Source: Fimbriimonadia bacterium
Lineage (GTDB): Bacteria; Armatimonadota; Fimbriimonadia; Fimbriimonadales; JABRVX01
NCBI GenBank assembly: GCA_041483895.1
Contig: JBGPGO010000006.1
Coordinates: forward strand, 64,001 to 128,000
Direction: 5' to 3'
DNA: 64,000 nucleotides
Shown: one piece after another, positions 53,922-64,000 of the stretch
How the letters are laid out: every line of letters begins with the position of its first letter
How positions within the stretch are numbered: position 1 is the stretch's first letter
Notes under the pieces: model-generated
Database searches by the model: none
Seen by the model: the letters and a program-made list of their open reading frames with translations, nothing else
What the model was told of the DNA's origin: nothing
Program-made: the position numbers and the translations under genes

Positions 53922-56378
53922 CTACCCGGTAAGATCGACCTCTTCCATCTCCTCGATCTCGCGCTCGACGACCTTTGTCACGTTGGCAACCCGGTCGTCC
54001 TTGCGCAACGACACCAAGCGAACCCCCTGCGTGTTTCGGCCAATCGTACGGACCTCTTTGATCCGCAGCCGGATCCCTTTTCCGTTCTCCGTTATCAGAA
54101 GCAGCACGTCCTCATCGTTGACGATCTCCGCTCCCACAACAGGACCGGTCTTGTCCGTCACATTCATCGTGATCAGACCCTTGCCGCCCCGAGTTTGGCC
54201 ACGATAATCGGACAATGCGGTGCGTTTCCCATACCCGCGCTCGGATGCGACGAGCAGGGTCGCGTCGTCTTCCACCACATGGCATCCGACAACGACATCG
54301 TCGGCGCCGAGCCGGATCGCGCGAACGCCGCCAGCCGCTCGGCCGCGCGAATTCGCGCCGATTTCATGGAACCGGATGGACATGCCGTTGCGCGTCACCA
54401 AAATCAAGTCTGAGTCTCCCGGTGTCAGGTGCACCCAGCCAAGCTCGTCCCCTTCTTCCAAATCGAAGGCGATCAGGCCGTTGGCGCGCATGTTCTGGAA
54501 TCGTTCTAGTGCCGTGCGCTTGATTTCGCCCTTCCGGCTGACCATAGTAAGGAACCCGCCGCTCTTGAAATCGCGCACACTCTGCGTTGCCGTTACGCGC
54601 TCGCCGCTGAAAATGGCGATGTAGTTGATGACCGGCGACCCCTTCGACTGGCGGCTGCTTTCCGGAATCTCGTATGCCTTCAGCCGGTAAACGCGGCCGC
54701 GATCGGTGAAGAACAGGATGTAGTGATGTGTGCTTACTTGGAACAGCTGGTCGACCGTGTCCTCTTCTTTTGTGGTCTGCGCGATCACACCCTTGCCGCC
54801 GCGCCGCTGCGTCCGATACGAATCCAGGTCCACCCTCTTAATGTAGCCATCGCGGCTGATCGTGACGATCGTATCTTCTTCGGGAATCAGATCTTCGTCG
54901 GCAATTTCGCCCGGTTCGCGGGCGATAATCTTGGACCTTCTCGCATCGCCAAGCTTGTCGCGAAGCTCCGTCCATTCCTCAATCATCAACTCCGTAAGCC
55001 GGGCCGGAGCAGAAAGGATGTGCTGCAGTGCGCCGATGTGCCTCAGCAGGTTGCGAAATTCATCGTCAATGCGCTGCGTCTCCATCCGCGCCAACTGGCG
55101 GAGCTGGATGCTCAAGATGTAGTTGGCCTGGATGCTCGACATACCGAACCGGATTACCATCTCCCGCCGGGCGGTTTCGGCCGTCTCGGATGCGCGGATC
55201 AGGGCGATAATCTCGTCCAGGAACCGGGTGGCAATTTGGAACCCTTCCAGCAGGTGGGCGCGGTCCTGGGCGCGGTATAGGTCGTATTCCGTGCGCCGGC
55301 GGATGACGTCTCGACGATGCTTGATGAGGTCGTCCAGAATGTTGAGCAGCGGCAGTGTTTTCGGGACGCCATCGGCCAACGACAGCATGATGCAGCCGAA
55401 CGAGGTGCGAAGCTGGGTGTGCTTGAAGAGGTAGTTCAGGATTCGATTGGGGTCCACGTCCCGGCGCAGTTCGATCACGACGCGGATGCCAAGGCGGTTC
55501 GTGTAGTCGTTCAGGCCGGTGATGCCCTCGATCTTCTTCGCCTTCACCAGTTCGTCGATCGATTCGATCAGGGCTTTCTTGTTCACCTGGTAGGGCAGCT
55601 CGGTGACCACAATGGCGGACTTTCCATGCTCCATCGGCTCGATTTGGGTCTTGGCTTGCATAACCACGGTCCCGCGCCCGGTCTCGTACGCCTGGCGGAT
55701 ACCCTTCACGCCTAGAATCAGCCCATCAGTCGGAAAGTCGGGACCCGGCACATGCATCATGATGTCGTCGAGCGAACAGTCCGGGTTGGCAATTCGATGC
55801 AGCAGAGCGTTGCAGACTTCTGTGAGGTTATGGGAAGGCAAGTTTGTGGCCATCCCAACGGCAATTCCGGTGCCTCCGTTGCAAAGCAGATTCGGGAATT
55901 TGCCGGGCAGGACGACCGGCTCATCACGGTCTTGCAGATAGTTCGGACGCCAATCAACAGTCTCGCGATCGATATCTTCCAAACATGCGAGCGCGTACGG
56001 GGACAGGCGGACTTCCGTATATCGCATGGCGGCGGGCGGGTCGCCATCAATGCTGCCGAAGTTGCCCTGGCCATCGACCAGCGGGTAGCGCATGCTGAAC
56101 GGCTGTGCCATTCGGGCAATGGTGGGATAGATGACCTCTCCGCCATGGGGGTGGTAGTTGGCGGCGGTCTCGCCGGTAACTTTCGCCGATTTCGTGTGTT
56201 GGCGGTCCGGGGTGAGGTTCAGTTCGCGCATTGCATACAGAATGCGGCGCTGAACGGGCTTTAGGCCGTCCCGGATGTCCGGGAGGGCGCGAGCCACGAT
56301 GACCGACATCGCATAGTCAAGATAAGAGCGCTTTAGCTCATCCTCAATATGGATTCGGCCAATTTCCGCATCCGGCAT
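53922..56378 (-). CDS. gyrA: DNA gyrase subunit A
   Basis: [21 protein letters not shown] and the GyrA box QRRGGKG. Confidence 0.98.
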   Translation of the reverse strand: MPDAEIGRIHIEDELKRSYLDYAMSVIVARALPDIRDGLKPVQRRILYAMRELNLTPDRQHTKSAKVTGETAANYHPHGGEVIYPTIARMAQPFSMRYPLVDGQGNFGSIDGDPPAAMRYTEVRLSPYALACLEDIDRETVDWRPNYLQDRDEPVVLPGKFPNLLCNGGTGIAVGMATNLPSHNLTEVCNALLHRIANPDCSLDDIMMHVPGPDFPTDGLILGVKGIRQAYETGRGTVVMQAKTQIEPMEHGKSAIVVTELPYQVNKKALIESIDELVKAKKIEGITGLNDYTNRLGIRVVIELRRDVDPNRILNYLFKHTQLRTSFGCIMLSLADGVPKTLPLLNILDDLIKHRRDVIRRRTEYDLYRAQDRAHLLEGFQIATRFLDEIIALIRASETAETARREMVIRFGMSSIQANYILSIQLRQLARMETQRIDDEFRNLLRHIGALQHILSAPARLTELMIEEWTELRDKLGDARRSKIIAREPGEIADEDLIPEEDTIVTISRDGYIKRVDLDSYRTQRRGGKGVIAQTTKEEDTVDQLFQVSTHHYILFFTDRGRVYRLKAYEIPESSRQSKGSPVINYIAIFSGERVTATQSVRDFKSGGFLTMVSRKGEIKRTALERFQNMRANGLIAFDLEEGDELGWVHLTPGDSDLILVTRNGMSIRFHEIGANSRGRAAGGVRAIRLGADDVVVGCHVVEDDATLLVASERGYGKRTALSDYRGQTRGGKGLITMNVTDKTGPVVGAEIVNDEDVLLLITENGKGIRLRIKEVRTIGRNTQGVRLVSLRKDDRVANVTKVVEREIEEMEEVDLTG

Positions 56379-56443
56379 GATCTACCCCTCGAGTTCAATT
56401 CAAATGGAACGTTAAATGATACCCGATGGGGCGGCTTTTGGGC

Positions 56444-56573
56444 ATCGGACCGATCAGTCCGATCAGTCCGATCAGTCCGATTTCCAAGAACCACCAAGCT
56501 CCGATGTGTCGGGGTTCTCTCTTAGCAATATCCTTCCAACCGCCAACCCCGAAGACTCCGACACATCGGAGCT
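56444..56573. repeat. 9-nt tandem repeats plus a RAYT-family hairpin
   Basis: (GATCAGTCC)n at 56444-56481; AGCTCCGATGTGTCGGGG...CTCCGACACATCGGAGCT at 56497-56573. Confidence 0.8.
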
Positions 56574-56621
56574 GATACTGCTCGGCGGGTATGCTACCGA
56601 CACTTTTCCCAAGGAGAATTC

Positions 56622-58403
56622 ATGGAACGGGCGCTCAAACGGACACACGATTGCGGACAATTGCGGGCCGAGCACATAGACCAGACGGTGGTCGTCAACG
56701 GCTGGGTGGACCGCATCCGCGACCACGGGGAGCTAATTTTCATCAACCTCCGCGACCGCACCGGCGTCATCCAAATTGTAACCAACGCCACGATGTCCGG
56801 CGTGTCCGAGCTGCGGTCTGAGTTTGTGTTGTCCGTCCGCGGCCCCATCCGGCACAGAGCGGAAGGGGCGGAAAACCCGAACATGCCCACCGGCCAGGTG
56901 GAGCTGGATGCCCATGCGGTCGTGGTGCTGAACACCTGCAAGACCCTTCCCTTCCCCGTTTCCGACGAACGCCAGATGGAGTCGGTGAACGAGGAGCTGC
57001 GCGTCAAGTACCGATACATCGACTTGCGGCGGCCCACGATGTACAACAAGCTGGACCTGCGGCACAAGGCGGTCAAGCTGATCCGCGACTTCCTATGTGC
57101 GCGCGATTTCTTGGAGGTCGAGACGCCGATCATGACCAAGGCTACGCCGGAGGGAGCGCGCGATTACGTGGTCCCCTATCGCCTCCAGCCGGGCAAGTTC
57201 TATGCGCTGCCGCAGTCGCCGCAACAGTATAAGCAGCTTTTGATGGTGGGCGGCGTGGAGCGGTATTTCCAGATTGCCCGTTGCTTCCGGGACGAGGCGC
57301 AACGCGCGGACCGTCAGCCGGAATTCACCCAGCTCGACCTGGAGATGTCGTTCATCGAGCAGGAGGATATTTTGGTCCTGATGGAAGAGCTGACGACCAC
57401 GCTCATTCGCGAACTGTGCCCGAAGCAGATGCCAACGCCCTGGCCGCGGCTTTCGTACCGAGACTCGATGGCGCGGTTTGGCACGGACAAGCCCGACCTT
57501 CGATTTGGCCTGGAATTGTGCGAGATTGGGGACATGTTCGGGAACACGGAGTTCAATGCGTTTCGCTCTGTGCTGGATTCGGGGGGGATTATCAAGGCGG
57601 TTCGGTATCCGGGCGGCGCATCGCTCAGCCGAAAAGATACCGATGCGCTCGCCGAATTCTGCAAGCAGTTTGGGGCGAAGGGGATGGCGCATTTCAACTA
57701 CACTGCCGAAGGGTTGGCGGGAGGCATTGCCAAGTTCGTGCCGGAGAGCGTTGCGGCGGAGGTCCAACGCCGGATGGGTTGCGAAACCAGCGACATGGTG
57801 TGCGTCATCGCCGACACAGAGTTGGTCGCGAACGAGGTCTTGGCGCGGCTGCGAAACGAGATCGGCGTGCGGACCGGCCTCGCCGATCCCAACGTCCTGA
57901 GCTTCTGCTGGGTCCTGGACTTCCCGTTGGTTCTTTGGAACGAGGAAGAGAAACGGTGGGATTCTTCGCACCATCCGTTCACCATGCCGTTCGAGGAGGA
58001 CCTGCCGCTGCTGGAGACCGATCCGGGCAATGTGCGGGCACAGTGCTACGACGTGGTGTGCAACGGAGTGGAGTGGGCGAGCGGGTCCATCCGAATCCAT
58101 CGCACCGACATCCAGTCGCGGGTCTTCGACCTTTTGGGTGTGGACAAGGCCACGCAACGCAGCCAGTTTGGGCATATCTTGGATGCGTTCGAGTATGGGG
58201 CGCCGCCGCATGGCGGGATAGCTCCGGGGATCGACCGGCTAATCATGTTCATGCTGGGCGAGGACAACATTCGCGAAGTGATGGCGTTCCCAAAGATCGG
58301 CGGCGGGTACGACCCGATGATGGACAGTCCTGCCGAGATCCCGCAGCAGAGCTGGGAAGAACTTGGATTGGCGCTGAGGCCGGTGAACGAAAAGAACATC
58401 TGA
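56622..58403 (+). CDS. aspS: aspartate--tRNA ligase (likely non-discriminating type)
   Basis: RTHDCG, RDHG, LPQSPQ, FRDE and PPHGGIAPGIDR. Confidence 0.97.
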   Translation: MERALKRTHDCGQLRAEHIDQTVVVNGWVDRIRDHGELIFINLRDRTGVIQIVTNATMSGVSELRSEFVLSVRGPIRHRAEGAENPNMPTGQVELDAHAVVVLNTCKTLPFPVSDERQMESVNEELRVKYRYIDLRRPTMYNKLDLRHKAVKLIRDFLCARDFLEVETPIMTKATPEGARDYVVPYRLQPGKFYALPQSPQQYKQLLMVGGVERYFQIARCFRDEAQRADRQPEFTQLDLEMSFIEQEDILVLMEELTTTLIRELCPKQMPTPWPRLSYRDSMARFGTDKPDLRFGLELCEIGDMFGNTEFNAFRSVLDSGGIIKAVRYPGGASLSRKDTDALAEFCKQFGAKGMAHFNYTAEGLAGGIAKFVPESVAAEVQRRMGCETSDMVCVIADTELVANEVLARLRNEIGVRTGLADPNVLSFCWVLDFPLVLWNEEEKRWDSSHHPFTMPFEEDLPLLETDPGNVRAQCYDVVCNGVEWASGSIRIHRTDIQSRVFDLLGVDKATQRSQFGHILDAFEYGAPPHGGIAPGIDRLIMFMLGEDNIREVMAFPKIGGGYDPMMDSPAEIPQQSWEELGLALRPVNEKNI

Positions 58404-58422
58404 TCCCGACTTATTCTGTGAA

Positions 58423-58890
58423 ATGCACATTCTGAGACGTTATTCACTGCCGCCTCGAGTTGTGATACCCGGGCTGATCATTATCGGCATCGGGACGCTC
58501 TACTTCGGCAGCACATGCTACTACCCAATATCTCCGTCAACAATTTGTCAATCGATTCTGCGTCATTATTCGATTGCTACCAGGATGTACGCAGACGATT
58601 TTGATGGACTGATTCCGGCTCACCTTACCGTCACGGTGGGAGATCAGAAGTGGCGCCGGCACTTGGGAGCGTACGTAATTGGATGGGAATGCTGTCCGCT
58701 TCTGGAGCCTACTCAGATCGGATACATCGCGAACTATGAATCGTTTGGAAGAAAGCTGAGCGATCTGAAGCAGAATAGCTGGCTTTTTGCAGACAGCGAT
58801 GCCAGGCATAACGGACTATTCATGTACGTCCAAGTCGACGGGGCAGAGCGCAGAGGCACAACTCCTGGGGTCCGAACCCGTCCCTATTGA
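58423..58890 (+). CDS. divergent DUF1559/H-X9-DG family protein lacking the FTLIE motif
   Basis: Hydrophobic N-terminus, CQSILRHYSIATRMYADD and H-NGLFMYVQV-DG. Confidence 0.6.
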   Translation: MHILRRYSLPPRVVIPGLIIIGIGTLYFGSTCYYPISPSTICQSILRHYSIATRMYADDFDGLIPAHLTVTVGDQKWRRHLGAYVIGWECCPLLEPTQIGYIANYESFGRKLSDLKQNSWLFADSDARHNGLFMYVQVDGAERRGTTPGVRTRPY

Positions 58891-58930
58891 ACTGATTGAC
58901 AGGCACTGAAGGACCGGCAGGAGTCGTGTT

Positions 58931-59163
58931 GTGTCGGGGTCCTCGTCTGACGACTACCTCACAATTGCCACAACCTCAGACCCCGACACGAAAACAATGT
59001 GGCGGGTCTTTGGAGTTGCCAATCGCTCGGATATCGGCATGCGAGGACCCTGCCACAACGTTTTCCATCTCGCTCTTTTCCCTTTCAGCGCAAATATCGT
59101 TGTTGTGTCGGGGTCCTCGTCTGTCAACTACCTGCCAATTACCACAACCTAAGACCCCGACAC
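58931..59163. repeat. three ~60-nt hairpins (A-B-A) upstream of the RAYT
   Basis: Units at 58931-58989, 58998-59057 and 59105-59163. Confidence 0.92.
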
Positions 59164-59199
59164 GGAAGGAACCAACCCACGGGCGAATAATTCAATACC

Positions 59200-59739
59200 A
59201 TGCCCGGATACAAAATGGTTCAGGAAGGCGCAGCCTACTTCATCACTTCGACAATCGTAGAGTGGCTACCGGTCTTTATCGAAGAGCACGCGATCCTGAT
59301 CCTGGCGGATACGTTCAAGACCTATATCAAGAAGTACGGTTTGAGAATTGCCGCCTACGTCATCATGCCGACTCACCTGCACCTTATCGTATACGATGCA
59401 TCGATGGACATCGACAGGCTGCGGCGAACGATTTCGAATTGGCGTCGCCATTCCGGCAAAGTTCTGTCCAGATATGTGGATCAGCACCTAGACCCTTCCT
59501 TCGGAGCCACGCTCCGTGTCGGCGTTGGCGATGATCGGATCCGGAAGTTTTGGAGTGCAGGATTTCATCCGGTTGCGATCATGAGCCGAGAGTTCCTTGA
59601 GCAGAAGGCCGAATACATGCACAACAATCCCGTCCGAAGAGGCCTAGCGGATGAGCCTTCCGACTGGCCCAATTCGTCGGCCGCGTTCTACGAGCATGGT
59701 GAGATTGGATTATTGCCCGTGAGTCCACTGGAGCTCTGA
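59200..59739 (+). mobile_element. REP-associated tyrosine transposase (RAYT, IS200-like Y1 HUH enzyme)
   Basis: YFITST, AYVIMPTHLHLI (HUH motif), KFW, YMHNNPVRRGL (catalytic Tyr) and WPNSSA; flanked by hairpins on both sides. Confidence 0.9.
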
Positions 59740-59741
59740 CC

Positions 59742-60122
59742 GGCTGTATCGGGGTCTTTGGGTGTCGGTGATTGACATGTTGCTGCCCGGCGAGGACCCC
59801 GATACAGCCTGGCCCTCTCATGTGGCGGGTCTTTGGAGTTGCCAATCGCTCGGATATCGGCATGCGAGGACCCTGCCACAACTTTTCTCCGTGTGGCGGG
59901 TCTTTGGAGTTGCCAATCGCTCGGGTATCGGCATTCGAGGACCCTGCCACAACTTTTCTTTTCACCCCTGCCCGATATCGGCGTTGTGTTGGGGTCCTCG
60001 TCTGTCAACTACCTGCCAATTACCACAACCTAAGACCCCGACACGGCATGGATGGCGTCACCTGTGGCGGGTCTTTGGAGTTGCCAATCGCTCGGATATC
60101 GGCATGCGAGGACCCTGCCACA
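59742..60122. repeat. five ~60-nt hairpins (C-B-B-A-B) downstream of the RAYT
   Basis: Units at 59742-59809, 59821-59880, 59892-59951, 59986-60044 and 60063-60122. Confidence 0.92.
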
Positions 60123-60166
60123 ACGTCGAACAAGGAGGAGTCCTGACCGGGCGCGAACACTCCCGT

Positions 60167-61561
60167 ATGTCACATAACATACGACTCGACTTCCTCGGTG
60201 CTGCGGGGACAGTTACCGGGTCACGACACCTAGTCACCGTCGACGGCAAGCGATATCTGTTTGACTGCGGGCTGTTTCAGGGAAGGAAAGAGATACGGGA
60301 TTTGAACTGGAAGCCGTTTCCCGTGGAACCGGCCAGCATCGAGGCGGTCGTGGTCACCCACGCGCACATCGACCATATCGGCAACCTGCCGAAGCTGGTG
60401 AAAGACGGCTACAAGGGTCCGATCTACTCCACACCGGCGACGGCGGCGATCTCCGCTCTTTCGCTGCCGGACACCGCCCATCTGCAAGAGGAAGAGGCGC
60501 GATTTCACAACAAGCGGGGATCATCGAGCCACGTTCCGGCCTTGCCGCTGTATGGCCCCGGGGATGCCGAAACGGCCCTGCGCCTGTTCGAGCGGAAACC
60601 GTACGAGCAGTGGCACGCCCTTGGCAACGGCCTCACATGGCGATACCATACCGCCGGTCATATTTTGGGCGCGGCCTTCATCGAACTGGCGCTGCCGACC
60701 GGTGAGATCATCTTGTTTGGCGGAGATTTGGGCCGAAACGGGATGCCGATCATCCGCGACCCGATGCACATGGAATATGCCGACTACCTGTACATAGAAT
60801 CGACCTACGGCGACCGATTGCATCCCAACAAGGACGATATCCCCGGCGAGCTTGCGGCCGTCGTCAAACGCACGTGTGACAGGGGCGGAGTGATGCTGAT
60901 CCCCGCTTTCGCCATCGGCAGATCGCAAGAGATCCTCTACTTCCTACACGATCTCATCCATCAAGGGACCATCCCGGATCTGCCGATCTATTTGGACAGT
61001 CCGATGGCTGTCGATGCCACGCGAATCCATATCGACTTCGCCGAAGAACACGATTTGGAAATGTCGAAACTGATGAGCGAAGAGAACCCGCTTGCCGGAC
61101 ACAACATTCGCTACACCCGCAGCAGCGAGGAGTCGAAAAAGCTGAACAATCTGCGGGAACCGGCCATTATCATCAGCTCGAGCGGCATGTGCAACGGCGG
61201 CCGCATTCTGCATCATCTCCTCAATCGTCTCGATGACGCGAAGAACACGGTACTGTTCGTCGGCTTCCAGGCGGAAGGCACTTTGGGCAGACGGCTTATC
61301 GATGGGGAGGAACGGGTCCGGATCTATGGCCAGGAGGTGGCGGTGAAGGCCGAGATCGCGCGGATCGATGCCTTGTCGGCGCACGCGGACTACGAAGAGA
61401 TGCTGGAGTGGCTGTCCTATTTCAAGAAGCCGCCGAAGATGACGTTCATCGTGCACGGGGAGCCGCCGGCCGCGGCGTCGCTGATGGGGAAGGTGAAGGC
61501 TAAGTTCGGCTGGCCCTGTACGATCCCGTATCTGGGGGATCATTTCGACGTGCCTGCTTGA
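60167..61561 (+). CDS. MBL-fold beta-CASP ribonuclease
   Basis: LGAAGTVTGS, THAHIDH, AGHILG, ESTYG, PAFAIGR, SGMCNGGR, SAHAD and VHGE. Confidence 0.93.
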   Translation: MSHNIRLDFLGAAGTVTGSRHLVTVDGKRYLFDCGLFQGRKEIRDLNWKPFPVEPASIEAVVVTHAHIDHIGNLPKLVKDGYKGPIYSTPATAAISALSLPDTAHLQEEEARFHNKRGSSSHVPALPLYGPGDAETALRLFERKPYEQWHALGNGLTWRYHTAGHILGAAFIELALPTGEIILFGGDLGRNGMPIIRDPMHMEYADYLYIESTYGDRLHPNKDDIPGELAAVVKRTCDRGGVMLIPAFAIGRSQEILYFLHDLIHQGTIPDLPIYLDSPMAVDATRIHIDFAEEHDLEMSKLMSEENPLAGHNIRYTRSSEESKKLNNLREPAIIISSSGMCNGGRILHHLLNRLDDAKNTVLFVGFQAEGTLGRRLIDGEERVRIYGQEVAVKAEIARIDALSAHADYEEMLEWLSYFKKPPKMTFIVHGEPPAAASLMGKVKAKFGWPCTIPYLGDHFDVPA

Positions 61562-61563
61562 TG

Positions 61564-61779
61564 GTGTTGGGGTCTAGGGTAGTCGGCAATTGGTCAGATC
61601 CGGCCGGCGAGGACCCCAACACAACGCCTTTGCGGAACCCCAACACATCGGGGTTGCCAGGTGTTGGGGTCTGCGGTGGTCGGCAATTGGTCAGATCCGG
61701 CCGGCGAGGACCCCAACACATCGCCTTTGGTGGACCCCAACACAGCGGAGATATCCCTTCAGAGTCGTACTGTGAAGGG
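61564..61779. repeat. two RAYT-family hairpins, half-sites and a CCCTTC palindrome
   Basis: Hairpins at 61564-61622 and 61661-61719; extra ACCCCAACAC half-sites; palindrome at 61755-61779. Confidence 0.85.
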
Positions 61780-62078
61780 GCCAAAAAAGAGAATGGGGGC
61801 GGTTTGGACACCGTCCCCATATTTCATTGCACAGTCTAGGAAGACTTGCTTTCTCGGTTGATTTCGAAGAAAATTCGTTTGTCAGGTCGGATAAACAGAA
61901 CAGTACAAATCAAAACTCTCGGAACCTATACACAGTATCATTTTCCCGGATACGGTGCGCCGTGAGAATTACCTGATTCCGGAAAATCGCGAACGCCGCC
62001 CGCAAATTCGCCGAATGGTTTACTAACCCACGACCTATCTGTTAGAATGAACCGTTCCGCTGCCACGGAGGGAAGAGA

Positions 62079-63359
62079 TTGGACATTTTGCGTATTCAGG
62101 GTGGACGCCGCCTCGAGGGGGAGTTGGAGGTCGGCGGCAGCAAGAACGCAGCCCTGGCTATCCTCGCCGGATGTTTGCTGAGCAAAGAAGACATATTGCT
62201 TCGTAATTTGCCTAACATCATCGACGTCCGAATAAAGGTCGATATCCTCAAGCAGCTTGGCGTCCGGACGACTTGGACGGACGAAGGTCTTTGGCTCAAC
62301 GCGGGCGAGCTGACCTCGGCGGAGCTTCCGTCGGATGCCTGTCGCCGCATTCGCACCTCATTTTTCCTCCTCGGCCCCATTCTTGCCCGCGTTGGGACGG
62401 CCAACGTTCCGCTTCCAGGAGGCTGCAACATCGGCGCGCGGCCCGTCAATTTCCATGTTCGCGGTCTGAAGGCGATGGGGGCCACGCTGGAGCAGAAGGA
62501 CGGTTACTATGTCGCGAAGGCGTCGCGGCTGACGGGCGCGGATATATATCTCGATTTCCCCAGCGCCGGGGCCACCCAGCACCTGATGACCGCCGCCGTT
62601 TTGGCGGACGGCGCGACATCGATCCACAACTGCGCCATGGAGCCGGAGGTTGTGGAGCTCGCCAATTTCCTGAACATGATGGGGGCGCGTGTCGACGGCG
62701 CCGGAACGAGCACGATTACAATTGAGGGCGTGCGGACCCTAACCGGCGGGGACTATCGCATCGGGTCGGACAGGCTGCAGGCGGGCACCTATCTTATGGC
62801 CGCGGCGGCGACGCGCGGCGAGCTGACCGTCCGGGCGCTGATGCCTGAACGCCTACACTCCATGGTCGCCAAGATGCGCGAGTCCGGCGCGGAGGTGAAC
62901 GAAGGGTACGATTGGGTCAGCGTAACGCAGTCGTCGCGTCCGAAGGCCGTCGATATCCGCACGATGCCCCATCCGGGCTTCCCGACCGACATGCAGCAGC
63001 CGATGTGCGCCTACCTGGCAACCGCCGATGGGGTTTCGATCATCAACGAGACGATTTATGAGGCGCGGGTCGGCCATGTGAAGGAACTGGTCCGCATGGG
63101 CGCGGACATTCGCGTGGATGGCCGTCAAATCACGATAAGCGGTGTTGGGAACTTGGAGGGCGCATCGGTGTCGGCGAGCGATCTGCGGGCGGGCGCGGCG
63201 CTGATTGTGGCGGCGTTGGGCGCCGACGGCGACACGATGATCTCGGGCACGGACAACATCGACCGGGGATATGAGAATTTGGAACAGATACTCAATTCGC
63301 TTGGCGCAAAGGTGGAGCGGTTGGCCACGAAGGGTTCGGAAGAGGCCGTCACGGGGTGA
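62079..63359 (+). CDS. murA: UDP-N-acetylglucosamine 1-carboxyvinyltransferase
   Basis: [34 protein letters not shown] and DRGYE. Confidence 0.97.
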   Translation: MDILRIQGGRRLEGELEVGGSKNAALAILAGCLLSKEDILLRNLPNIIDVRIKVDILKQLGVRTTWTDEGLWLNAGELTSAELPSDACRRIRTSFFLLGPILARVGTANVPLPGGCNIGARPVNFHVRGLKAMGATLEQKDGYYVAKASRLTGADIYLDFPSAGATQHLMTAAVLADGATSIHNCAMEPEVVELANFLNMMGARVDGAGTSTITIEGVRTLTGGDYRIGSDRLQAGTYLMAAAATRGELTVRALMPERLHSMVAKMRESGAEVNEGYDWVSVTQSSRPKAVDIRTMPHPGFPTDMQQPMCAYLATADGVSIINETIYEARVGHVKELVRMGADIRVDGRQITISGVGNLEGASVSASDLRAGAALIVAALGADGDTMISGTDNIDRGYENLEQILNSLGAKVERLATKGSEEAVTG

Positions 63360-64000
63360 GATTCGTACCCGAACTCGGCATCGATCTTGGAACCGCGAAC
63401 ATCCTTGTCTACCAGCGTGGCAAGGGAGTGGTGCTTCGCGAGCCCACGGTTGTCGCGACCGCGAAGCCTTCGAACAAGGTGCTCGCTGTCGGGGAGGAGG
63501 CGCGGCTGATGCTGGGCCGAACCCCCGGCAACATCGTCGCCGTCCGGCCTTTGCGTGATGGCGTCATCGCCGATTACACCACGACACTCAAGATGCTCCA
63601 GTATCTGTTCGACAAGTGCTGCGGACAGCGGCGATGGCTGAAGCCGCGGGTGCTTGTCTGCGTGCCGAGCGGCTGCACCAATGTGGAGCGGCGGGCTGTC
63701 ATCCAGGCGTCGAAGGAGGCTGGTGCGGGTGAGGCGGCCACGATTGAAGAGCCGATGGCGGCGGCGATCGGGGCGGGGCTGCCAATCAGCATGCCGGGTG
63801 GCAACATGGTGGTGGATATCGGCGGCGGGACGACCGACATTGCGGTGATCTCCCTCGGCGGCATCGTGACCAGCAAGAGCATTCGGGTCGGCGGCAACAA
63901 GCTTGACGAGGCTATCGTCCGGCATATTCGCACCGCGTACAATCTCATGATAGGCAGCAGCACGGCGGAAGAGATCAAGATCCGTGTCGGTTCCGCCTAT
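63356..64000 (+). CDS. mreB: rod shape-determining protein MreB/Mbl, 3' end outside the window
   Basis: My translation from GTG 63356: [19 protein letters not shown]...[11 protein letters not shown]...[12 protein letters not shown]...VDIGGGTTD. Confidence 0.93.
   Translation, partial: MRFVPELGIDLGTANILVYQRGKGVVLREPTVVATAKPSNKVLAVGEEARLMLGRTPGNIVAVRPLRDGVIADYTTTLKMLQYLFDKCCGQRRWLKPRVLVCVPSGCTNVERRAVIQASKEAGAGEAATIEEPMAAAIGAGLPISMPGGNMVVDIGGGTTDIAVISLGGIVTSKSIRVGGNKLDEAIVRHIRTAYNLMIGSSTAEEIKIRVGSAY

Noticed and set aside
3730..58435. numerous long antisense or alternate-frame ORFs (e.g. 3730-4656, 17862-18974, 31304-32344, 51053-52153, 57281-58435)
   Set aside because: Typical high-GC shadow ORFs over well-supported genes, with no motifs or ribosome-binding sites.
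58931..60122. CRISPR array
   Set aside because: Units are ~60 nt, of three types and in both orientations, gaps vary from 8 to 47 nt, and there are no cas genes; a RAYT explains them better.
58896..60249. ORFs 58896-59534, 59579-59965, 59772-60146 and the 135-aa N-terminal extension of the beta-CASP ORF
   Set aside because: They are translations of the repeats (recurring LELPIARIS / WRVFGVANRS peptides) or overlap the RAYT.

Overview
GC-rich bacterial chromosomal window, mostly housekeeping genes: fliT-like/fliS/fliD, tRNA-Leu(CAA), polA, nadC, ubiD, an OmpR-type two-component pair, serA, recJ, rel, dtd, mnmG, rpmF-plsX-fabH, a PilB/GspE ATPase, dapF, ispH, miaB, tRNA-Leu(TAA), lpdA, gyrA, aspS, murA and mreB. 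Gene content and the prepilin/H-X9-DG proteins suggest Armatimonadota; this is inference only. The main non-housekeeping signal is a REP-associated HUH tyrosine transposase (RAYT, 59200-59739) nested in eight ~60-nt hairpin repeats. About 20 copies of that hairpin family, with co-varying stems and a conserved CCTCG...CAAG core, are spread across the window, alongside at least six other palindromic repeat families. One of these sits in-frame inside mnmG. Other leads: a 65-aa basic protein resembling crenarchaeal CC1/Cren7-type chromatin proteins; an AT-richer small-protein plus stand-alone Ser/Thr kinase cassette (possible defence or toxin-antitoxin module); a His/Lys-rich secreted peptide with twin OmpR-box promoters; and signs of widespread leaderless transcription. 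No CRISPR array or prophage was seen. All family assignments come from motif recognition by eye, not database searches.
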